Sequence record: NC_054934.1
Direction: 5' to 3' (one strand)
DNA length: 64,000 nt
DNA from: Escherichia phage teqskov
A program made the translations under genes and the position numbers. Shown piece by piece: positions 40,993 through 50,551 of this stretch (positions within the stretch are counted from its first letter, which is position 1; each line of letters starts with the position of its first letter). A model generated the notes under the pieces. The model was given only the letters and a program-made list of their open reading frames with translations. It ran no database searches and was not told where the DNA came from.

Positions 40993-41160
40993 ATGTCAGA
41001 TAAGATTTGTGTTGTCTGTAAAACTCCAATCGATTCTGCATTGGTTGTTGAAACAGACAAAGGTCCTGTACATCCTGGGCCTTGCTATAATTACATTAAA
41101 GAACTACCAGTTTCAGAAAGTTCGGAAGAACAATTAAATGAAACACAACTTTTGCTATAG
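40993..41160 (+). CDS. Hypothetical small Cys-rich protein (uvsY.-2-like), 55 aa
   Basis: MSDKICVVCKTPIDSALVVETDKGPVHPGPCYNYIKELPVSESSEEQLNETQLLL with GAGGAGA SD; below the track size cutoff. Confidence 0.45.
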   Translation: MSDKICVVCKTPIDSALVVETDKGPVHPGPCYNYIKELPVSESSEEQLNETQLLL

Positions 41161-41215
41161 TGTGACCTTTAGTCTATAGTTTTGGCCCTTCCTTTTCGGT
41201 TGGGCCTTTTTTAAT

Positions 41216-41446
41216 TTAAAAGCTTTCTTCTACTTCATCGTCTGAATCTTCTAATTCAGCTCTTTTTCCTGCCAAAGCATCTCTCACAGAGATGTCATCA
41301 GTATCTTTTAATTCAGTTTCTTTAACTCTTTTCTTATAATAAGCTTCAAGTTCTTCTAAACCTTCTAATGTTTGACAAGAGGCAATTTTACCCATAAATT
41401 CATCAATAGAAGCTTCATAAAGAAATTGTTTAAATTCTAGTAACAT
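41216..41446 (-). CDS. uvsW.1: UvsW.1 small protein
   Basis: 76 aa from ATG (MLLEFKQFLYEASIDEF...) with GGAG SD; track start at 41458 is a TTG; preceded by a GGGC-UUCG-GCCC hairpin. Confidence 0.7.
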   Translation of the reverse strand: MLLEFKQFLYEASIDEFMGKIASCQTLEGLEELEAYYKKRVKETELKDTDDISVRDALAGKRAELEDSDDEVEESF

Positions 41447-41471
41447 CTTTTTCTCCAAAGGGCCGAAGCCC

Positions 41472-42983
41472 TTATAAATTAACTGTTTTCATTACGTAAT
41501 TAAATTTTTCATCTGCGTAGCGCTGAATACGATCAATGCCATGTTTTAAAAGATAGTTCAAATGAACGTATTTCTTTTTCGTATTAGCAGATTTTGGTTT
41601 AACACCGCAATCATCGATGAGGTCCCAGACCGTTGCGATTGTTTTAGAACCATGCTTACGTAATACGCGACCTATTGTTTGCAATACAATAATTTTAGAT
41701 TTAACACCGTGCGCTAAAACAACGTGATGCAGATTTTTAACTGAAATACCAGTAGAAAATACACCATAACTAGCTACTATAATTATTCCTTTACCATTTT
41801 CAGCTAAGGTTTTCATTATATTGCGGGTTTCGGTATCAACTTCCCCTGATACGTAATAAACTTTATCGTATTCATTTTTAATTAAATCGAAAATAGCTTT
41901 ACCATGTGATACATGTTTAAACATGACAAAAGCGTTTTCATCTTTTTGCGCAAGCTTAATAGCTAATTTAGCGATCCATTTATTTCTTTTACTAAGCCCA
42001 GTAATAATTTTTATTTCTTCTTGATAAGTTTTTCCCTTTAATTTAGTAGTGAACTCATCTGGATAGCGAAGAAAAATACTATTAATTTTTAGCTCAGTTA
42101 CTTGTCCATCTTCCATTAATTTAGAAGTCGTTACTGGCTTAAATATTTCACCAAACATTCCAACATACTGCATGATATTAGCTTTGCCATCACGTAATGA
42201 ACCTGATAGACCAAATTTAAACATACAGTTATTTAATCCTGATATGATAGATGAAATACTTTTTCCTGTAGCAAGATGGCATTCATCATTCATCATCATT
42301 CCAAATTGTGAGAACCATTCTTTTGGTTGTTTTACTACAGTTTGCCATGTACCAACAACGACTGGTGCATCATTTTTATATTTATCATCTTTTGATGCTC
42401 CGCCGCCAATTTTCTTTATCATTGCATGGCTGAATAAACGATAGTCGACGAAGTCATCAGCCATCTGAGTTGTTAAGGCAGTTGTTGGAACAATGATAAG
42501 AATTTTACCTTCATAATTTTCCAAATAATATCGCGCAAGCAAAGCTTGAATTAAAGATTTACCTGCAGATGTTGGAAGATTAAGAATTCTACGACGATTA
42601 ACTAATCCTTCGAACACTGCATCTTTTTGATACCAGTGCGGTTCAATTCTTTTATTTCCTGAATAGATTTCTAATTTAGAAAGCCATTCATCAAAATCTT
42701 TTCTTGATAATTCTTCTTTTTCGTTAATTTGCGGGTCAATCCAGGCTTTATAGCCAAAGTTATCACAGAACTTTTTAATTTGCCCGACTAAGCCGAATGG
42801 AAGAAGACGATTATAATCTAAAAGACGGATTCGTCCATCCCAGTGGCCATATTTGTATTTCGGATTAAAACGATACCCATCAGCTTCAAAGCTAAAGAAA
42901 TCACGGAGTTCATGAAATGTACTTTCTTCACAATCAATTCTCACGTGACTAAAATCATAAAAATGTACTTTAATGTCAGTCAT
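41472..42983 (-). CDS. uvsW: UvsW helicase (SF2)
   Basis: 503 aa MTDIKVHFYDFSHVRIDCEESTFHELRDFFSF... with Walker A TSAGKS and DECH box; matches T4 UvsW. Confidence 0.95.
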   Translation of the reverse strand: MTDIKVHFYDFSHVRIDCEESTFHELRDFFSFEADGYRFNPKYKYGHWDGRIRLLDYNRLLPFGLVGQIKKFCDNFGYKAWIDPQINEKEELSRKDFDEWLSKLEIYSGNKRIEPHWYQKDAVFEGLVNRRRILNLPTSAGKSLIQALLARYYLENYEGKILIIVPTTALTTQMADDFVDYRLFSHAMIKKIGGGASKDDKYKNDAPVVVGTWQTVVKQPKEWFSQFGMMMNDECHLATGKSISSIISGLNNCMFKFGLSGSLRDGKANIMQYVGMFGEIFKPVTTSKLMEDGQVTELKINSIFLRYPDEFTTKLKGKTYQEEIKIITGLSKRNKWIAKLAIKLAQKDENAFVMFKHVSHGKAIFDLIKNEYDKVYYVSGEVDTETRNIMKTLAENGKGIIIVASYGVFSTGISVKNLHHVVLAHGVKSKIIVLQTIGRVLRKHGSKTIATVWDLIDDCGVKPKSANTKKKYVHLNYLLKHGIDRIQRYADEKFNYVMKTVNL

Positions 42984-43012
42984 GTCTAAATACCATGTAA
43001 TAAATATATCTA

Positions 43013-43020
43013 TATTTATA
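43013..43020 (-). promoter_or_regulatory. Late promoter (TATAAATA) for uvsW
   Basis: Plus-strand TATTTATA about 30 nt upstream of the uvsW start in the divergent uvsW / inh gap. Confidence 0.5.
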
Positions 43021-43033
43021 CTGAGGAAATATT

Positions 43034-43714
43034 ATGATAGATAAAGATTATATTGCAGAGCTGAAGGCTCTTGATGATAATAAAGAAGCTAAAGCTAAAT
43101 TAGCTGAATACGCTGAACAGTTTGGTATAAAGGTCAAAAAGAATAAATCTTTTGATAATATCGTTGTTGATATTGAAGAAGCCCTCCAGAAGCTCGCTAG
43201 TGAACCTATGCCAGAGACTGATGGGTTATCTATTAAAGACTTAATTGATGCTGCTGATGCCGCAGAGGGATTAAAATATGACGATGGAGAAGTCAATCCA
43301 GAAGCAGCACTTCTGATTGATTCTCCGGTTAAATCTGACATTAAAATTGAAGTAGTAGAAACGGATAAAATTCCTGAAAATACCGATGTTTTGATTGAAG
43401 ATACTCCCTTTGTTGAAGAAAAATTTGAACAGGCTGTAGCTGAGATTATTGAATCTGAAAAGCCGTCTGTATTTACTCTTCCAGAAAACTTTAGTCCGAA
43501 TCTTCAACTGATTGGAAAAAATCCAGGATTCTGTACTGTTCCTTGGTGGATTTATCAATGGATTGCTGAAACTCCTGATTGGAAATCTCACCCAACTAGT
43601 TTTGAACATGCGTCAGCACACCAAACTTTATTTAGTTTAATTTATTACATTAACCGTGACGGATCAGTTTTAATTCGTGAAACACGCAATTCTTCTTTCG
43701 TAACATTAAAATAA
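43034..43714 (+). CDS. inh: Inhibitor of prohead protease gp21
   Basis: 226-aa acidic ORF, T4 Inh size and position (upstream of hoc). Confidence 0.8.
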   Translation: MIDKDYIAELKALDDNKEAKAKLAEYAEQFGIKVKKNKSFDNIVVDIEEALQKLASEPMPETDGLSIKDLIDAADAAEGLKYDDGEVNPEAALLIDSPVKSDIKIEVVETDKIPENTDVLIEDTPFVEEKFEQAVAEIIESEKPSVFTLPENFSPNLQLIGKNPGFCTVPWWIYQWIAETPDWKSHPTSFEHASAHQTLFSLIYYINRDGSVLIRETRNSSFVTLK

Positions 43715-43723
43715 GGATAACTT

Positions 43724-45142
43724 ATGGCTTTTACAGTTGATATAACTCCTAAAACACCTACTGGAGTTATAGATCAGACTCAGCAGTTTACTGCTACACC
43801 CAGTGGTCAAACTGGAGATGGACCTATTACATATGCTTGGACTGTAGATGATGTTCCACAAGATGGAGCTGAAGCAACTTTTAATTATGTATTAAAAGGA
43901 CCTGCCGGTCAAAAGACTATTAAAGTAGTTGCAACAAACCAAGTCCCAGATACTGATGCTGAAACAGCAGAAGCTACTACAACTATCACAGTTCAAAATA
44001 AGACACAAACGACCACCTTAGCTGTAACTCCTAATAGCCCTGACGCTGGAGTAATCGGAACAGCTATTGAATTTACTGCCGCTTTAGCTTCGCAGCCATC
44101 GGGCGCAAACGCTACTTATCAATGGTATGTAGATGATTCTCCTGTGGGCGAAGCAACTAACGCTACGTTCAATTACACTCCTGCCGAAAGCGGGGTAAAA
44201 AGAATTAAGTGTGTGGCTCAAGTAACTGCGACAGATTATGATGCACTAAGCGTTACTTCTAATGAAGTATCACTGACTGTTAATAAAAAGGAGCAGACAA
44301 CTACTTTGGCAGTAACTCCTGATAGTCCTCCAGCAGGAGTAATCGGAACCCCAGTTCAATTTACTGCTGCCTTAGCTTCTCAACCAGTTGGAGCGTCTGC
44401 TACTTATCAGTGGTATGTAGATGATTCACAAGTTGGTGGAGAAACTAACTCTACATTTAGCTATACTCCAACTACAAGTGGAGTAAAAAGAATTAAATGC
44501 GTAGCCCAAGTAACCGCGGCAGATTATGATGCAAAGGAAGTTACTTCTAATGAAGTATCATTAACGGTTAATAAGAAGACAATGAATCCACAGGTTACAT
44601 TGACTCCTCCTTCTATTAACGTTCAGCAAGATGCTTCGGCTACATTTACCGCTAATGTCACTGATGCTCCAGAAGAAGCGCAAATTGAGTATTCATGGAA
44701 GAAAGATTCTTCTCCTGTAGAAGGGTCAACTAATGTATATACCGTTGATACCTCATCTATTGGAAGTCAAACTATTGAAGTTACTGCAACTGTTACTGCT
44801 ACTGATTATGATAGCAAAACTATTACAGCAGAAGGTCAAGTTCAGGTAACTGATAAAGTTGCTCCAGAACCAGAAGGTGAATTACCTTATGTTCATCCTC
44901 TTCCACATCGTAGCTCAGCTTACATCTGGTGTGGTTGGTGGGTTATGGATGAAATCCAAAAAATGACTGAAGAAGGTAAAGATTGGAAAACTGAAGATCC
45001 AGATAGTAAATACTACCTGCATCGTTACACTCTTCAGAAGATGATGAAAGACTATCCAGAAGTTGATGTCCAAGAATCGCGTAATGGATACATCATTCAC
45101 AAAACTGCTTTAGAAACTGGTATCATCTATACCTATCCATAA
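43724..45142 (+). CDS. hoc: Hoc outer capsid protein with four Ig-like domains
   Basis: 472 aa; Ig-like repeats followed by the conserved capsid-binding C-terminus (...PEPEGELPYVHPLPHRSSAYIWCGWWVMDEIQKMTEEGKDW...); about 96 aa longer than T4 Hoc (376 aa). Confidence 0.9.
   Translation: MAFTVDITPKTPTGVIDQTQQFTATPSGQTGDGPITYAWTVDDVPQDGAEATFNYVLKGPAGQKTIKVVATNQVPDTDAETAEATTTITVQNKTQTTTLAVTPNSPDAGVIGTAIEFTAALASQPSGANATYQWYVDDSPVGEATNATFNYTPAESGVKRIKCVAQVTATDYDALSVTSNEVSLTVNKKEQTTTLAVTPDSPPAGVIGTPVQFTAALASQPVGASATYQWYVDDSQVGGETNSTFSYTPTTSGVKRIKCVAQVTAADYDAKEVTSNEVSLTVNKKTMNPQVTLTPPSINVQQDASATFTANVTDAPEEAQIEYSWKKDSSPVEGSTNVYTVDTSSIGSQTIEVTATVTATDYDSKTITAEGQVQVTDKVAPEPEGELPYVHPLPHRSSAYIWCGWWVMDEIQKMTEEGKDWKTEDPDSKYYLHRYTLQKMMKDYPEVDVQESRNGYIIHKTALETGIIYTYP
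44009..44578 (+). repeat. Tandem direct repeat of 2 x 285 bp inside hoc (duplicated Ig-like domain)
   Basis: Residues 96-190 and 191-285 are 77/95 identical by hand count (TTTLAVTP[ND]SP...VKRIKCVAQVTA...TSNEVSLTVNKK); the underlying DNA units are clearly homologous. Confidence 0.8.
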
Positions 45143-45147
45143 TCATA

Positions 45148-45175
45148 AGGGGCTTCGGCCCCTTTCTTCATTTTG
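45148..45175 (+). terminator. Rho-independent terminator after hoc (UUCG tetraloop)
   Basis: AGGGGC-TTCG-GCCCCT followed by TTCTTCATTTT. Confidence 0.65.
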
Positions 45176-45213
45176 AAAGCACACAAAACACAATCAGAAA
45201 ATGATGTATATAA

Positions 45214-45447
45214 TTGCACCAACTCGATAACATGAGATTGATTATGAGAACTGAGGTTGTGGTGTTTACTCTTCATGAGTCTGGAAAGTCATTCATTGAA
45301 ATTGCTCGTGAATTAAACTTACAGGTGAAAGAAGTGGCTGTATTATGGGCTCGAGCTATGACTGCTAAGAATAAATTTGAAACTCGAGAAAAAGTTGTCT
45401 ATAGAAAAAGACATATCAATAAAAAGGTGAAAAATGGAACAGTATGA
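45214..45447 (+). CDS. Hypothetical small protein, possible helix-turn-helix
   Basis: 77-aa ORF (alternative ATG at about 45232); SGKSFIEIARELNLQVKEV resembles an HTH. Confidence 0.5.
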   Translation: MHQLDNMRLIMRTEVVVFTLHESGKSFIEIARELNLQVKEVAVLWARAMTAKNKFETREKVVYRKRHINKKVKNGTV

Positions 45448-45712
45448 TCTTTATGAAAATGAATCTTTTGCTAATCAATTACGCGAAAAAGCATTCAAAA
45501 GTAAACAGTTTAAGCTAGAGTGTTTTATTAAAGATTTTTCGGAACTTGCTAATAAAGCAGCTGAACAAGGTAAAACACATTTTAATTATTATTGTATTGC
45601 TCGTGATAAATTGATTACTGAAGAAATTGGTGATTGGCTGAGAAAAGAAGGATTCAGCTTTAAAGTCAATAGTGATCAGCGTGATGGTGATTGGTTAGAA
45701 ATTACATTTTGA
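45434..45712 (+). CDS. Hypothetical protein, 92 aa
   Basis: Intact overlapping ORF upstream of rnlB. Confidence 0.55.
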   Translation: MEQYDLYENESFANQLREKAFKSKQFKLECFIKDFSELANKAAEQGKTHFNYYCIARDKLITEEIGDWLRKEGFSFKVNSDQRDGDWLEITF

Positions 45713-45721
45713 GGATTAATT

Positions 45722-46726
45722 ATGTTTAAAAAGTATAGCAGTCTTGAAAATCATTACAACTCTAAATTTATTGAAAAACTTTATAGTTTGGGATTGACTG
45801 GTGGGGAATGGGTAGCTCGTGAAAAGATTCACGGCACAAATTTCTCGTTGATTATTGAGCGTGATAAAGTGACTTGCGCTAAACGTACTGGCCCCATTCT
45901 TCCTGCTGAAGATTTCTTTGGGTATGAAATTATTTTAAAGAATTACGCTGATTCCATTAAAGCAGTACAAGATATTATGGAAACCTCAGCGGTTGTATCT
46001 TATCAAGTCTTTGGCGAATTCGCTGGACCTGGCATTCAGAAGAATGTCGATTATGGCGATAAAGATTTTTATGTATTTGACATTATTGTCACTACAGAAA
46101 GCGGCGATGTGACTTATGTCGACGATTATATGATGGAATCATTCTGTAATACATTTAAATTTAAAATGGCTCCACTTTTAGGTCGTGGTAAATTTGAAGA
46201 GCTTATTAAATTGCAAAATGATTTAGATTCTGTCGTCCAAGATTATAATTTTACAGTAGACCATGCTGGATTAGTTGATGCAAATAAATGCGTTTGGAAT
46301 GCCGAAGCAAAAGGCGAAGTATTTACCGCTGAAGGATATGTATTGAAACCTTGTTATCCTTCTTGGCTTCGTAATGGAAATCGTGTAGCAATTAAATGCA
46401 AGAATTCCAAATTTAGTGAAAAGAAAAAGTCCGATAAGCCTATTAAAGCTAAAGTTGAACTATCAGAAGCTGATAACAAATTGGTGGGAATTTTAGCTTG
46501 TTACGTTACACTGAACCGAGTAAATAACGTTATTTCTAAAATTGGCGAAATTGGTCCTAAAGATTTTGGAAAGGTGATGGGGCTAACTGTTCAAGATATT
46601 TTGGAAGAAACTTCTCGTGAAGGTATTACTCTAACTCAAGCAGATAATCCTTCTTTGATTAAGAAGGAATTAGTTAAAATGGTACAAGATGTACTTCGTC
46701 CAGCTTGGATTGAGTTGGTGAGCTAA
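45722..46726 (+). CDS. rnlB: RNA ligase 2
   Basis: 334 aa [49 protein letters not shown]... with nucleotidyltransferase lysine motif KIHGTN; matches T4 Rnl2. Confidence 0.95.
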   Translation: MFKKYSSLENHYNSKFIEKLYSLGLTGGEWVAREKIHGTNFSLIIERDKVTCAKRTGPILPAEDFFGYEIILKNYADSIKAVQDIMETSAVVSYQVFGEFAGPGIQKNVDYGDKDFYVFDIIVTTESGDVTYVDDYMMESFCNTFKFKMAPLLGRGKFEELIKLQNDLDSVVQDYNFTVDHAGLVDANKCVWNAEAKGEVFTAEGYVLKPCYPSWLRNGNRVAIKCKNSKFSEKKKSDKPIKAKVELSEADNKLVGILACYVTLNRVNNVISKIGEIGPKDFGKVMGLTVQDILEETSREGITLTQADNPSLIKKELVKMVQDVLRPAWIELVS

Positions 46727-46730
46727 ATAA

Positions 46731-46752
46731 AAAGGGACCGAAAGGTCCCTTT
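46731..46752. terminator. Bidirectional terminator between convergent rnlB and gene 24
   Basis: AAAGGGACC-GAAA-GGTCCCTTT with U-runs on both strands. Confidence 0.7.
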
Positions 46753-46755
46753 GCT

Positions 46756-48039
46756 TTATTCATCAATAATAATTTTTGGTAATTTAACACCTAATAAAAC
46801 AGACAAATCTGAACGACCAGCCATTTTATCCATGTCTCCACCGTCAATTATTCTTGCTTCTTTTTCATCTTTTGCTACGGTATAAGGATTTGCTGATAAA
46901 GCATATCTAACTAATAAACCGATAGACGGCTGTAAGCTTTCTGGATCAACAACAACTTTAAATGCACCTACATGTTCAGGGTCATCTAAGTCGAGACCTT
47001 CTGTATACGGAGCATAGAAAATTGATCCAACAATTTCTTTTTCACCGATATTTTCTACTACACCAACGATTACATAATCTAATGGGCTGTTAGTATCGCA
47101 ATAAAGCGGTAAACCATTAGCTAAGAACCCGTAGGCATTTTGTGAAAGATATTTATCATCTTCCGGTTTATGTTTTAACCAACCTGATGCAGCAAGAATC
47201 GCAGCAGCACGAGCTGAAGCAACACAAAACGTTGCTGTATAAGTTGATTCTTTTTGGATATGCGAAACCATTTCACATACCATTCGGTATAATGAACGAC
47301 CCGCTTCAGGTGCAGATGCATAACTCAAATCAATGAATCCAGTGTCAGTAATTCCTGTAACTTTATAACGTTTTGATACTGTAATCAAAGACTGCAGAAT
47401 ATCTTTATTGATTTCATCTGCCATTTCAGTTGCAAGCAAATCTTCCAAGAAATTAGGAGCATCGAATCCATTTGCTTCTAAATCTTGTGCTAATTCAACT
47501 GTGATGCCAGTTTTAAGTTTACGAGATTTAACGGCGGTTTGCCATTTATTAATCTGGAATCTAGCATCCGCAATTTCACTATCAGAGCTTTCAAATTTGC
47601 TTGTTGATGCTGCGTCAGAAAATAGACGAACCTTTAAAAGAACAATTGCAATCTGAAGAGCTAATTCTAAATCGCTTTCTTCAATATCAGCAAATGGAGT
47701 ATCTTCTAATACTTTATAAACGATATTATTATATTTGAATAAATCGCCTTTATTGAGAGTTAATTTAGACTCTTCTGTCAATTCTGTGATTTGTTCTCGG
47801 TCTACATATCCAGCTTCGCCAGCGTAAGTAGCACCAGTTTTAAATGTAAATTCATTGTCTGGGTTAAGGTATTTGATACCATAAAAAGCAGCAACAGGTT
47901 GATTAGTTCTTTGCGTTGCTACAATGTCAGAATATATTAATTTAGTGGTAGCGCGAGTCAAAGCAACGAGATTTGGGCGACCGATTGAGTTGCTATTCGT
48001 TGTGGTTGATTCGCGCAGAAGTTCGTTGATTTTAGCCAT
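46756..48039 (-). CDS. 24: Capsid vertex protein gp24
   Basis: 427-aa ORF, T4 gp24 size, with recognisable similarity to the gp23 fold region; directly downstream of gene 23. Confidence 0.9.
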   Translation of the reverse strand: MAKINELLRESTTTNSNSIGRPNLVALTRATTKLIYSDIVATQRTNQPVAAFYGIKYLNPDNEFTFKTGATYAGEAGYVDREQITELTEESKLTLNKGDLFKYNNIVYKVLEDTPFADIEESDLELALQIAIVLLKVRLFSDAASTSKFESSDSEIADARFQINKWQTAVKSRKLKTGITVELAQDLEANGFDAPNFLEDLLATEMADEINKDILQSLITVSKRYKVTGITDTGFIDLSYASAPEAGRSLYRMVCEMVSHIQKESTYTATFCVASARAAAILAASGWLKHKPEDDKYLSQNAYGFLANGLPLYCDTNSPLDYVIVGVVENIGEKEIVGSIFYAPYTEGLDLDDPEHVGAFKVVVDPESLQPSIGLLVRYALSANPYTVAKDEKEARIIDGGDMDKMAGRSDLSVLLGVKLPKIIIDE

Positions 48040-48066
48040 TGCGCTTTCCTTTCAGTTTATATGATT

Positions 48067-48074
48067 TATTTATA
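48067..48074 (-). promoter_or_regulatory. Late promoter (TATAAATA) for gene 24
   Basis: Plus-strand TATTTATA about 30 nt upstream of the gene 24 ATG. Confidence 0.5.
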
Positions 48075-48090
48075 CCATAAAAACAACTAA

Positions 48091-48109
48091 AGGGACCCGA
48101 AGGTCCCTT
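48091..48109 (-). terminator. Hairpin terminator after gene 23 (UUCG tetraloop)
   Basis: Minus strand GGGACC-UUCG-GGUCCC directly after the gene 23 stop; probably partial termination before gene 24. Confidence 0.6.
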
Positions 48110-48122
48110 AAATCGTCAAAGA

Positions 48123-49688
48123 TTAGATACCTTTAACATATACACGGCGGAAGTAAGCGTTCTTACCAAGGCTGTTCAGGATAGAAGGCATACCACTCTG
48201 AATGCGAGAAGCCGGAGCCTGAGCAGCGGATTCTGCAAATGGGTTGATACCGATACCGTAACGAGTTTTGAATCCCATTACTGGTTGGAAGTTCTTCGGA
48301 TCGGAACCACGCAGCGGAGTCAGAGCTACATATGGAGCATAGTAAATACCAGCATCCATTTCGTTCGGACCTTTATAACCTACAGTGAAATAATCCTGTT
48401 TAGCATACTGGTCGATATATACGCGGTATTTACCACCCAGAACACCAGCAAATACTGACTTGGTAGTATCAGTGTTAAAGCCGGTAGCCAGACCTTGTGC
48501 AGCATAAGAAATGCCAGTATCAACTGAAGCCAGAACGTTAACTACGTTACGGGAAGCGATAATGAAGTTACCTTCACCACGACCGGTCTGACGAGCAATT
48601 TCAACTGCTTCTTTGTCAATCTGGAACAACAGAGCTTTAAAGGATTCACCTGCCCAGCGAGCACCACGAATATCGATTGGGTCCTGGAAGTCAAATACAC
48701 CAGCTTTAGAACCCGGAGTCAGGGTCATACCAGATTTACCAACCTGTGCAGAGTAGTTAATCCAATCAACAACTTCACGGTTGATTTCCAGCATAATTTC
48801 TGTAGCCAGAATACCAGACAGTTCAGCATCAGCATCCATACCGTGAACAGCGCGGAGGTCTTGTGCTAATTCAATAGAGTAAGCAGCTTTCAGCTGACGA
48901 GATTTAGCTTCGATAACTTGCTTATCGATACGGAAGCCCATTTCATTCCATGGGTTATCGGTAGAACCATTGAAACCTTCCTGGAGTTCAGCGATAGAAG
49001 TAGCCATACCTTCAGCGATTTCTACCAGTGTACCAGCTTCCATTTGTTTCTTAATTTCAGCATCTAATTTAGCAGCATCAGTCGCGCCAGCATCGATTGT
49101 TACTTGAACAGAAGCTTGCAGATATACAGTACCAGTTTCCTGGAAGAAGTGAGTATAGATATCACCTACTGTGGTTTGTGTGCTAGCAGCCAGAGCTGGG
49201 AATTTCTTAGCAGCACCCTGACCAGAGAACATTGCATCTGGACCATACATTGGGTGGAATGCTTCTTTAGCGCCGGAAGCGATTGGGTCTTTACCATATA
49301 CCGCACGAAGTGCGAATACCTGACCAGTCGGGCTGTTCATCGGCTGAACACCACAAATATCGAAAGCAATCAGGTTAGGAATAGCACGACGTACCATACC
49401 CATAACAGCTGGGCCAATCTGAGTTACTGCGCCAGAAGTCTGACCTGCAGCGATGTTGGTAGCATTGTAACCGTGGTCACCACCGATTTCAGCTTCTGTT
49501 AAGAAAGAACCAAATGCCTGAGCAATTTTTTCGTCTTTATATTCTGGAGCTGTCTGGAAATCTTTTTCCTGGTTTTCAAAGATTTTAGCGATAATCGCTT
49601 GTTTGCTATTAGCAATTTCCGGTAAACCTTCACCTTCCAGTAATGGCTTCCATTTGTTCAAAAGTTCAGCTTTAGTTTTGATAGTCAT
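48123..49688 (-). CDS. 23: Major capsid protein gp23
   Basis: 521 aa MTIKTKAELLNKWKPLLEGEGLPEIANSKQAIIAKIFENQEKDFQTAPEYKDEKIAQAFGSFLTEAEIGGDHGYN...; matches T4 gp23. Confidence 0.97.
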   Translation of the reverse strand: MTIKTKAELLNKWKPLLEGEGLPEIANSKQAIIAKIFENQEKDFQTAPEYKDEKIAQAFGSFLTEAEIGGDHGYNATNIAAGQTSGAVTQIGPAVMGMVRRAIPNLIAFDICGVQPMNSPTGQVFALRAVYGKDPIASGAKEAFHPMYGPDAMFSGQGAAKKFPALAASTQTTVGDIYTHFFQETGTVYLQASVQVTIDAGATDAAKLDAEIKKQMEAGTLVEIAEGMATSIAELQEGFNGSTDNPWNEMGFRIDKQVIEAKSRQLKAAYSIELAQDLRAVHGMDADAELSGILATEIMLEINREVVDWINYSAQVGKSGMTLTPGSKAGVFDFQDPIDIRGARWAGESFKALLFQIDKEAVEIARQTGRGEGNFIIASRNVVNVLASVDTGISYAAQGLATGFNTDTTKSVFAGVLGGKYRVYIDQYAKQDYFTVGYKGPNEMDAGIYYAPYVALTPLRGSDPKNFQPVMGFKTRYGIGINPFAESAAQAPASRIQSGMPSILNSLGKNAYFRRVYVKGI

Positions 49689-49706
49689 TTGTGTTAACCT
49701 TTAAAA

Positions 49707-50516
49707 TTAGAAACGAGATGCGACTTTCGCATATACACTTACAATATCTTCTGCACCCTGTGCAGCTTTATCTTCTACAGCTTCAGTGACGAAATTCAGT
49801 CCGGCTGCTTCAGTATCAGGAGTATTTATACTCTCAGTAATAGTGCTTTCATCTTTATTAGATTTCTTCACCATTTCTACGATTGCACTCAATTTACTTG
49901 AGAATGCATCTGAATAATCCATACCTTCGACCAGAGCAGAGACTTTTTCTTTTTGAGACTCAGTCAGATCTTTAGTACTTTCGCTCAATGCCACTTCACG
50001 CTGCACATAATTGATATATGCGTCACGCTTATTGAGTTCTTCGAACAGACGAGCTGATTCTTCTTTATGTTCTTGCAGCTCTTCTTCCATTTCAGCTACA
50101 ACATCAACTGATTCTTCTGGAACAACAACGTTGTGTTCAACAAAGAGCTCTTTTAATCCACCAAGCATGGATTCAAACAGTTCGGCTTTGATGCCTTTAT
50201 CAACTGCTAATTTATTTTCAGCGAGCCATTCTTTTGCAAGATGGTCAATGAATTTAGAAGCTTGCTCAGCGATTTTCTTCTCAGCTTTTTCTTCGGCTTC
50301 TTCTTTATTTTTTTCTACTTCTTCTTCTGCTTTTTCAGCAATTTTAGCGATATGAGATTCAGCTAATTTAACGGCGTGCTGCTTGACGGTAGCTTCGAAT
50401 ACAGTGCCGAAAGTTTCTTTTGCTTCCGGAGAAATATTAACTGATTCGAAAATACTATCAAGAGCAACGGAAGCATCAATTTTCTGCGCTTCGGCAATCA
50501 GTTGTTCTTTAAGCAT
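49707..50516 (-). CDS. 22: Prohead core scaffold protein gp22
   Basis: 269-aa Glu/Ala/Lys-rich coiled-coil ORF; T4 gp22 size and position. Confidence 0.9.
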   Translation of the reverse strand: MLKEQLIAEAQKIDASVALDSIFESVNISPEAKETFGTVFEATVKQHAVKLAESHIAKIAEKAEEEVEKNKEEAEEKAEKKIAEQASKFIDHLAKEWLAENKLAVDKGIKAELFESMLGGLKELFVEHNVVVPEESVDVVAEMEEELQEHKEESARLFEELNKRDAYINYVQREVALSESTKDLTESQKEKVSALVEGMDYSDAFSSKLSAIVEMVKKSNKDESTITESINTPDTEAAGLNFVTEAVEDKAAQGAEDIVSVYAKVASRF

Positions 50517-50543
50517 TTTGTAGTCCTGTTGTTTAGATAATAA

Positions 50544-50551
50544 TATTTATA
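50544..50551 (-). promoter_or_regulatory. Late promoter (TATAAATA) for gene 22
   Basis: Plus-strand TATTTATA overlapping the gene 21 stop, about 30 nt upstream of gene 22. Confidence 0.5.

Noticed and set aside
24440-48109. Recurrent GC-rich tetraloop hairpins (24440, 28361, 45148, 46734, 48091 and others) as a possible CRISPR-like or other repeat array.
   Set aside because: They are single, irregularly spaced, differ in stem sequence and sit at gene ends; they fit the stable UUCG / GNRA intercistronic hairpins typical of T4 mRNAs, not an array.
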